Of a stretch of DNA of 55,863 bases, positions 14,901-25,705 are shown piece by piece. A program made the translations under genes and the position numbers. The first letter of the stretch is position 1; each line of letters opens with the position of its first letter. Source of the DNA: Girardia tigrina (taxonomy: Eukaryota). The notes under the pieces were generated by a model, which was not told the DNA's origin, made no database searches, and saw only the letters and a program-made list of their open reading frames with translations. The stretch covers positions 1 through 55,863 of the forward strand of contig MQRK01242463.1 in NCBI GenBank assembly GCA_001938485.1, in the 5' to 3' direction.

Positions 14901-17900
14901 AGTATTTCATCATTTCTGCAAACAACGATTCGAAAGTTTTTTAAGCGGCCGTCGTACGCAGTTCTTAAACGTAACGGTTGGTTATTGGAAATGTATATTT
15001 TTATTAAATGTTATTTAAATTTTCCTGTTCCTAATTTCTTATATTTTGAAATAAAATAAGCTATAATAATGAAAATATACCCTTTGGCCCACGGAGATAT
15101 ACATATCATATATACATATGGCAGCTAACGCGTTAAATTAAACAAGTTAAATTTGAGTTTTGACTTAATGTTATATATCAATAAACAGCAACTGTCGAAA
15201 TGTCCTAAAATAATATAATATACAGTAAAACCTCTCTATAAGTAGTTATTTGTGACCGAGAAAACTACCTTTCAATAAGAAAAGTTGCTTATAGAGAAGG
15301 AAGGAATATAAATTAAATTAATAAATACAATAAAACCTCTCTATTAGGAGTTATTTTGGACCGAAATAATAAAAAACTTTATTCCTTATAGTGAATTACA
15401 TCTTATAAAGAGGGAACTTTCTAGAAAGGTTTTACTGTAAATATTATTTTCAAACTAAACATTATTTTTGTAGAGTACCAAATATGAAATTTTTTCTTTA
15501 TATAGGAGTTTCTATTTTTCAAATTATACCTGATTTGGATGTAGTATTGTGCTATGATGTAATTTGTTGTGATGTTACTGCAGTTGTGGAGGTTCAAATT
15601 ACCTTAATGGTTTATAATACATCAATTACAGGAATATACAATGTCTGCTATGTATTACCACCTGTGATTCGTAGTTACTTAGGGTTTGTATCATGTAATA
15701 TAACGTACAATACAATCGAAGAACATAAACATAAGCCAGTTGTTTATTTAAGTAAGTGTGGAATTTTCTTTTATTTTAGTTTTTTTCATTTATGCACAAT
15801 TGAAGCAAAATCTTGTTGTAAATTTTAAGAATTTTTGTTATAAAATATTTTTCGTCCTTGTGATCGTACTGCTTGTTACGATGTTGTTTCTGTTTATATA
15901 ATAACATGAATTTTACATCATTCATATCTGGGATCAGTATACCTTTGCCCAAGGGAGGACAAAATATTTTTATTGATAGACATGTTTAATACTTACTTAC
16001 TATCAGGGTGTTGTATCTCAGCAGATGCTTTTTCGGTTTCTTCACCAAGAATAGCTGACCACCAACAAATTCCCGGAGCACGTGCCCACACGATTGGTCC
16101 CATCTGTAGTTCCGTCGATATGTCATCACATTTCTCTGACTGAACTTCAAATAACTTGATGATTTTAAATTGTTCATCGGTGATTATCGTAATCTTTAAA
16201 CATTGAAACAATTTCACGGCCGAATTAAACAGTTCGACAAATTGATAAATAACATTCGCATTCAAATCGACATCGATCTCATCCATATTGCAGAAAATCG
16301 ATTTTTTGACAAAATGGCCGTCTTTAATATCGAAATGTACAATTACGGTTGGAGAGTCTCTTTTGATCTTCTCGATTTGGTTGACTACTTGATGAGCTCT
16401 ACTCAATTTCAAACTGCATATTTGCACGCCCATATCGATTCTGTTGCTGAAATTTATGACCTTTGGAGCCTGATTCTGCGTGTTATCATTAGAAACAGAT
16501 TGAACTGGTTTTTTATTATCTCTCGGTTTACTGGAATTATTATCTTTATCATCGTCACTTTTAAAATTAATATTTTTTATTTTAATCGGTCGATTTATGA
16601 AGTCGTTATCGTGACTGAAGTACACTTGTAATGAGTCTCGATTGAATACTCGACTCAAAACAGTCTAGTTAAAATCGTCGTGTTTCGCCCGATATTCACA
16701 TCGGGATTAAACTTTAAGACACTTTATTTTGTGGTCAAAGCTTTCAATTTGCCTACACGCTTTTTTTCGAAACAAAAACTGACTGTTTAAATTACTCACA
16801 TCAATTGTGTCTAAATCGAGCACAGTTATGTTTTTGAAGTGCCACATTACGAGATTTTTTAGCAATTCATATCCGATACCGCCCGCTCCAACGACCAAAA
16901 CATTACTTCTTTCAACAGCATTCATTGTAATTTTTTATTTTTTATAAACATTGTTTTTCAATTGTGATCATTTTTGATTAGCAATATTTTCATTTATTTA
17001 AATTTAAATGAGACAGATCGATTCATAAAGCTGCAATCATCACAAAACCATATGAACGTGATGATCATATACATTTATTTATATATATACTTATATATAT
17101 TAAATTATTTAATTCAATTAAATCTTATTTAATTTTTTATTTCTTTTTTATTTTAATTACTTATTTAATTATTTAATTTTATTAGTTTAATTATTTTTTT
17201 TATTTAAATTACAAATAAAGGGTTTAAGGCTATCGCAGCGCGACCACAGGATCCGCGTGAATATAATGCCTACTTTAGTTACAATTTAAAACGTAATGTA
17301 TGAATTAATGGTACATACAAATAGAAGGTATTCATGTTGATCCCACCGTTTCTTCGTTTTATTTTGGAAGAAATTAAACAAAACTACAAATTTATAGAAC
17401 AGGTTCAACGTTTTGTATATAAATGAAGATTGCAATAAATGGCATATAAATGTTTTTTAAACGTATAAATTGTCCAATAGGCCTTAAGAGACAGTATGAA
17501 AATAAATAGTAACATGAAAATTGTACTCACGTTGACATAATTAAACATTACACAATAACAATCACACAACAGTGTCTAGAAAAGTGAACAATTTTATAAA
17601 AATTGCTGAAAGTAACCACCAGCATGTTCCTGAAACAATGAGTTTTGGCGGATAAAAGAATGATACACTCTCCGTATTATGGCAACATCAGTAGCCTTTA
17701 AAAGGTTGGATAATCGAGCCTTCAACTCTACAATAGTAACAGGACAGGGTGCTGATGAAGATTGTTTCGTATTGACCCTCATAACCAAAAATCCATGACA
17801 GGCAAGTGCGGACTTCTTGGAGGCAATAGACCTGTACTTCCTGGGCCAGTCCTACGATTTGGCAATTCATGATTTAGATCCTGTCTAACAACATTAGAAA

Positions 17901-20900
17901 AATGCGATGGGTCGCCATCCTGTTGTTACGTAAGTCTCATGTATGGTCTTTCTTTAAATAATGGAAAACAATACCATAGAGAATTTTTAAGTAACTATCG
18001 TCATTCATTGTGGCATCGAAAATTTTAAAGTGCACTCTAAATCGAGGTAACACCATATCCCAACAAGTTATTGATGGAGATTTATGCGGTTTTTCTAAAA
18101 CTGCTAATGGATTTTCCTTACAATAAATAAATTGGTTGTGGGTATTAACACAACAGCGTCATCACTAAAAGCTATGTTAAACTCGAAATTAATGTAGAAG
18201 ACGCGGCGGTCGAATAGTTTGACGAGTGAGGATGGGAATCGTGGAATTTGGATTGTGATTGATATTGAAAATTTCTGTTGGTAAATTGTCCAACATTTAT
18301 ATCACAAGAAATGTGTTAAAATCGAAGAAACGAATATATAGGAATTGTGGATGAAAAGTGTGAGGAAGTTTGGTATGATGTGTTGTATGATTTGATTTGT
18401 TGTCTCGCCAAAAAATAATTGCCGAAGTAGTAATTTATCTTTGAAATAATTTATCAAGACAAATTAAATTTAACAATAGTTAAATTTAACTAAAATCTTA
18501 AAATAAAGATTAATGAAATATAAGATTAATGAAAGCTGGTTGAGACTACCGATTGAACATTGATTTTAGGGCAACGTGAGCTGGTAAACTTCCTCCGATA
18601 AAAGATGATGAATTTCTTAGTTCTTTATTATCAAATCTTAATAAACAGGGTCATATTTGTGATAATCTTGTAAAAGTTTTGCATCCAAGTGTTTCTCAAC
18701 CAGCTAAATTATATAGACTTCCAAAGGTACATAAAAATGAAATACCTTTAAGACCCGTTTTATAGATGATTAGAACGTCTCAATATATGGTAACGAAATA
18801 TCTAGATTCAAAATTAAAACCATTATTATCATCTGATTTTTTGTGTCACGATAGTTTTGAATTCGCTGATTTCATTTCTAATTATAAAGTACAGAATGAA
18901 GGTGAATTTATGGTTTCTTTCGACATCTCTAGTTTATTTACAAATGTTCATTTGGTTGAAACTTTGAATTTGTGTTGTGATCTTTGGAAAAATAATTAAT
19001 CAGAACATCATATTGTCGACGTGGTTGGGTTTTGTGAGTTATTAAGTTTTGCAACATCAAATGTTCATTTTCTTTTTAATAAAGAGTGGTATAAGCAAAC
19101 TGATGGGGTTGCTATGGCTTCACCGTTAGCACCAACGTTAGCTTCTGTTTTTCTTTCCAAGATTAAAAATAAAATTAAATTGTTTGATAGAAATCAACCT
19201 TTAGTATATAAAAGATATGTTGATGATATATTTCTAGTTTTTAAAAATCAGGCTGATGTACTTCCATTTTTAAATTTTATGAATTCTTTACATCCAAATG
19301 TTACCTTTACAGTTGAAAATAAATAGAATGGAGTCTTACCTTTTCTGGATCTTTTGGTCGAAATAAAATCTCGTAGTTACGAGACTGGAATTTATAGGAA
19401 GCAAACTGATACAGATTTATATACTTCACCGGACAGTTTTTTGTGAACTGAAGTATAAAAGAAACATGATTAAAAGCTTAATTTATCGCTCCTGATCGTT
19501 GTATTCCACTTTTGTTAAATCTGTAGAAAGTGTTAATAAACTAAGTTCCTTATTAAATCAGATGGTTATTCTAAATCTTTTCTGGAAAAATTAATAAAGG
19601 AAACAGTAGATAAAATACTTTTGAAAGATATTTCGAAAAATCAGAGTTTGGCTTCTCCTGATGGATATAAGAAAGAAATCGAATGATCGTTAGATATGAA
19701 TAATATGCCTAAATATTATTTAATTGTACCTTATTCTGAAGGATTTAAAAACTTTAAAAATGCATTGTTAAAAGCAACTAATAATGAATTAAATTTAAAA
19801 ATTATATCACGATCTCATAAAATTCAAAATATGTTCAGTAATAAATCTATTACACCTTTAACACTTTGTTCTGATATTGTCTATGAATATAAATGTAATG
19901 GGTGCGATGTCACATACATTGGAGAGACTGCCCGTCATCTTTGTAAACGAATTCAAGAACATGGTCGAAAAGAGAGTAAGAGTAATATTGCAGAACATAG
20001 GAAAAAATGTAAGTGTGATATTAATTTTGATAATTTCAAAATTCTGTGTGAGCATTTTGACAGTTATTGGGAGTGTCGTATGAAGCATTTTTAATTAGGT
20101 CTCATTGCCCTAAAATCAATGTTCAACCGGTAGTCTCAACCAGCTTATATTAATTAGTGACATGAAGATGACGGTTGATCCGTCGAAATATTTTATCTTT
20201 AATTATATTTTTTAATGGATGAGTTTTGTTTTCAGTAAAAAGTTATCATCCGGATTTCATTTTATGAATGAAATATTTGTTTAAATATTAGAGAATTCGG
20301 TAATTATTTTAAAATTCTCAGTCTATAAAAAGTGTTCCAGATTCCAATGCATAAGAAGATAACCGATTTTTATTGTATAAATGAATCGTTTCTGTCTGGA
20401 GTTTAGTCTTCTTTTAACAAAAAGAAAGGATCTACGGCCGACTAGCGTAGACAAGATAATTATTTAATTACTAGTAAATAACCCGTCATATGACGGGTAA
20501 AAATTTTTGAGAAAAGTTTAAATTATGACGCATGAAAAACAACAGTCTCCCTGTTAAATTTGGTATGTTATATTAGAAAAATAAATATAACATACAGTTT
20601 ATATTATACAGTTTATATTATTAAAATAAGTTAAAATAAATTATAAAATAATTAGAGAAACATGTTTACAAAAATAAATAAATTAATAATATTCTAAATG
20701 TAAATTCACAAAACCTTTTTTTATCATTATATCATTAAAAAACATGAATTTTAATTNNNNNNNNNNNNNNNNNNNNNNNNNNNNNNNNNNNNNNNNNNNN
20801 NNNNNNNNNNNNNNNNNNNNNNNNNNNNNNNNNNNNNNNNNNNNNNNNNNNNNNNNNNNNNNNNNNNNNNNNNNNNNNNNNNNNNNNNNNNNNNNNNNNN

Positions 20901-20925
20901 NNNNNNNNNNNNNNNNNNNNNNNNN

Positions 20926-20962
<37 letters not shown>

Positions 20963-23900
20963 AAACACTTTCTGTGAATTTTCATTCAAAATTAATGAAC
21001 AAGACGATTTTGAGTTTAAAAAAAATGTTATAACAATAGGCGATTTTAATTTAACTCGGAAAGACTGTTAACTGATGCTTGAAGAGAAAGTGATGTGGTT
21101 ATAAATATGAATCATATTAACAAAGTAAAGATTGATTCAATTTCGAAATTCCGAAACACCCAGATTAAAGTTTTAATTAATATTGTATACATTTTATATT
21201 TCAAATACGTTTTGATTAACTTTTTACTTAACAGGTTGAGTGTGATACGACCCACCAGTGGGTCGTTGCTGATTTCCATCTGCAGTGAAACGATCCACGG
21301 GCGGGTAGTTTATAAAAATAATACGGAATATTTAAAAGAACCCTCAAAGTTGGCATTATTGCCATTTTGAAATCTCACACTCGGCTGCGAACAGATCCAC
21401 TGGTGGATCGCATTCCACTCAACGTGTTAATCATTGTTTTATACGAGTTAGTCAAGTGATGGTATAAGGGAAAATTCTGGGTAGACAGTAATAAATATTA
21501 CATTTTATATATTTGAACTGTTATCTTAGTTAGAGTTCCGGTAAAATATAGTAATACATTTTAGTAAGAGGAATATGTTAAAAAAATTTAAATAATTTTG
21601 AAAAACCATAAAAATTTTCACTAATATAAATTTAGTATTTAAAGGAATTACTTATAATATACCAGAATTTCCCGTAAGTTGTTCAACTAAATCAATTTAT
21701 TGAATAGAGAAAATGATATTTTAAACTGATTTAAAAAGAAAAAACGAAGTAAAAAAGAAACTTCAAGTGCATAACAAAAATACTACTATTACCCTGTATA
21801 GGAGAAAAGGTTTAGTTCTTTTACCTGTTAACGATTCAGATTCAGGAATCACTTGAAGCTTATTGTGTATTGAATGACTATTTGAATTGAGCTTTGTTCT
21901 TAGTTGTGTTTCATTAAAATAAATTATTTTAATGAATAGTTTGTGTTCACTTTACATATACTTATTGTTGGAAGAACCTTTTTGAAATTGACAGTCAGAT
22001 AATTGATAAAGTGCAATAAAGATACAATGCGTTTCATTTAACAACAGCAAAATGTTATAACGTGCACATTTAATTACAGTAAAATCAATCATAATTTTGC
22101 TTTATGATTGCTTTAATGTACTGTTATAAAATATTGCAAAAGATTTATTGAATGTTATTCAATTTTATGATATAATTTTATGTACTGTCGATATGTAAAA
22201 AGGTGAATAAAAAGAAGCCAGTTATCTAAATATCTTTTATAACTAAATAAGTGATAGATAAAAAGGCATTCATTAATAGTACTATTTTTTAGTATTTATT
22301 AAATACTATTTAATAACAAAATACAATAACGTTTTCAGACGATCCGGAAAACTTATATATTTTCCCAAGTACTCCCAAATTAGGAAGCCAAATAATATGT
22401 TTTCCCTATGAAACGATTTTCGATTACAAAATCTTCAAAGATATCAAATTAGATTTTGAATGGAGTGTTCTTCAAAGTCCTAAACTGGATCCAGAATTGT
22501 TCGGGGATACAATTAATTTAACGTTTTACTCAACTGAAGAAAATGTTTTAATTTTATTAGAGGAAATTTCAATATTTGGGATATACATCTTACGGTGCCT
22601 TTGTCGAATAACATTAAGGAATTTAACATTTGAGTTGGATAAAAATGCTACTTACTTCATCACAGGTTTTTAATTATATTTTGTATTCCTAAATGAACTA
22701 AGTACATAATTCTTAAAGATTTTCGAGATGATTTTTCCTCGCTTCAACTCAGACGCCGCGGATCTTTATCATTGTTTAACCTAATTTTAGTCTTATTTAT
22801 TATTAGTCATTTAATAATTTGTCTTACTATTGCATTTAACCAGACTATGGAACGTAATATGAAAACATGTGTGGAAAAATATTTGTTCCAAACGGGATTT
22901 TATAAATCATTTAAAGATAAAACGGTAATTATATGTTCTTATATATAAAATTTAATTAATAAAGTTTAATTGTATGAGAGATACATATACTCTTTATAGC
23001 ACCTATAAGACGTACAAATAAAAATGGTACGTCTACAATAAAATGAGAATAAGAAACAGCATCGAAATTATAAAATTACATATAAACTATTAAAAACATT
23101 GAAGGAACAACAAGATAAAATAACAATAAATTCTTATTATCTTAAGACTATTAATTGGATAGTTTAACATGTTGTTTCTAATAAAATAAATAAATAAAAG
23201 TTAAGGTAGTTCTCCTGAGAAACTTATGCCAATCCAAAGCATTTGGTTAACACAAAAATAACTAGTAAATCAAAACAAAATGATATCCTTTCTTTATTCT
23301 AGCAGAACTCTATTTGGTCAAGATAATTTTTTGTTATCTTTTGTAGAAGGGAAAATTACAATTGCATTTATTAATATCATTAATATTTATTAATTCATTA
23401 ATACTTTTTTATCTTTACTTTGCGTAATATAAACTACTTATAATTTATAAGTAGATCTTTTGCAATTAATTTTGTTCAGGAACTCCGATGTGACCGTTTT
23501 TTCCAAATTCTGAGACCTTAAAAAAGTTTTTTTTGATCAAATTATCACATAATCATTTATTGTCATCAAAAATGAGTAAAAGTGCAAAGTTTGAAGAAAT
23601 TTTATTGAGTAACAAGGGTACGCCGACTTTACCGCGGACGACTTTACCGCGGCGACTTTACCGCGGGCGACTTTACCGCGGAAAATTTACAACAAAATTG
23701 TCAAAAAGTAAACAATGTCATCTAAAATATATATAAAAAATTTTAATTATGTAATGATAAAACAAGGAATCATAATAATTTGAAAACATAAATGGATAGA
23801 AAATTTCAGATGGACATGACATTTAATTATTCTTTTTAATAAAAAAAATAAACAAACAACATACGAAAAATTAGTAAATTCCTAATTTAAAAAAAATCAA

Positions 23901-25055
23901 ATAACCCAAAAAATGTGATGTGTAAATTGAAGAAAGATACAAAAACATTAAACTGTTTCTTTTATTTTTTTCCAAATTGATTGGTTCAGATGAAAAAAAC
24001 AGCCTTTAACAGTAGCATTACAAAATACAGTGGAAACAGTGTTCATTGCTCCTTTTTCAAAATCCATCATAATAGTTTGTAGATTTAAATTTGGTTGTTC
24101 TCTTAAAAGCTCTTCAAACATACGAGTGTAATTTAATTGAGTTTTATTGGTCATCAATGCATAAACAAGAGGGAATACTTTGTTTGATTTTAAAGCATGT
24201 ATAGTATAAACTTGGTAAAATAATCGAGGGACGACAGAGAATGATCCATCCATAAACCAATTTTCACAAGAAGCCATCAGATTTATGTTTGCAGTTGTAC
24301 TGAAGAGCATTATCCGGTTGGCATCATTAGATCCAGAATCGAGTATCAAAAAAGATTCATTTCTAGTTGTAAACNNNNNNNNNNNNNNNNNNNNNNNNNN
24401 NNNNNNNNGATTTGGATTTGGCCAAGGAGCATTCTCTTGTTTTCTTTTTCGTTGAATTGTACGTTGACTAGAGTGATAACTTGGAAGAAATATTGCAACG
24501 TCAAGTGGAATCCCAGTCTTAGATTTCTGAATAATTTGCCTCGGGACCTCTACTGTCTGCGATGCACGAGTTGCAACCACCTGAGCAATGTGCCTAGCGA
24601 TACTTTACCTGGCTCAGGAGCATGATTATGCTCAGAAGGGTGACCTAAAATGTTGTTGTTTGAAGTACGAATTTTTCCTTTACATTTATGTTGTTCATAA
24701 GCAACACAGCGCCAGAATTTTCCATCTAGAGATTTTAAATCATAATCAAAGCGATAAGAATAACCTGCATACGCAACAATCGGATTTCCAGATTTTGAAG
24801 TAAAGAATTGAAGATTCATGCTGAAAAAACAGTGGGAGAAAAATTTTAAGAAATTTATAATATTTTAAGATATATTTTTAAACGTAAGTCGATAATTTTA
24901 TTATAATTATTATGTTTTAATAATTCGGTAATTATTCGGTAATAATGGCAAAAAATATCTTAATTAAAAATCTGAAAAAATCCGCTGTAAAGTCACCCGC
25001 GGTAAAGTCGCCTCACCAGTAACAAGCTTTCAAAAATAGGTTTCTAAATTTCCGT

Positions 25056-25102
<47 letters not shown>

Positions 25103-25670
25103 AAAAATCATTTCTAAATCTTACAAAATTCAAAGTATGTTCAGCAATAAATCTCGTACTCCTTTGAGTTCATGTTCCAATCTCATGCATCAATTTTCGT
25201 GTAATGGGTGCAACGCCACATACATTGGAGAGACATTTCGTCATGTCTGTAAACGGATTCAGGAGCATGGACGATATTTAATAAATATAATACTTAACCA
25301 ATCAGACTGCATTGATAAAATGAATGACATATTAGGTACAGATAAAGTCAAATATTATTTTGTTTGCTATCGTAGACTATTTGATAACTTTTTATTCAAG
25401 TTTTGTTAATTTTACTTTTAATCTTTGTAGAAACTTGATTTGCCATTGAAAACTTTTTATTTTCGGGATAATTACATGAAACGAATCGATTATTTCAACT
25501 GTTACAGAATGATAGAAATGACCATTAATAGAAGTAAATCCAAACAAAGTTTAAGTTCTAAGCCAACCGAATTCAAATTTGGTCTAATCAAATTAAGAGA
25601 GAAAACATATAGTCCGAAATATAAAGTAAGACTTAGAAAAGTTTTTAATTTTAACTTAAATTTAATCGTT

Positions 25671-25705
<35 letters not shown>

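Noticed and set aside
15484-15530. [15 protein letters not shown] as the signal peptide of a separate gene
   Set aside because: The hydrophobic codons coincide with the polypyrimidine tract of the 15505 acceptor, which fits the upstream phase 1 donor; an alternative start cannot be fully excluded.
16203-16631. 142-aa plus-strand ORF
   Set aside because: Antisense shadow of the minus-strand mosaic ORF.
23622-23682. Regularly repeated CGACTTTACCGCGG units as a CRISPR array
   Set aside because: No spacers and no cas genes; they are subterminal repeats of a MULE bounded by a 9-bp TSD.
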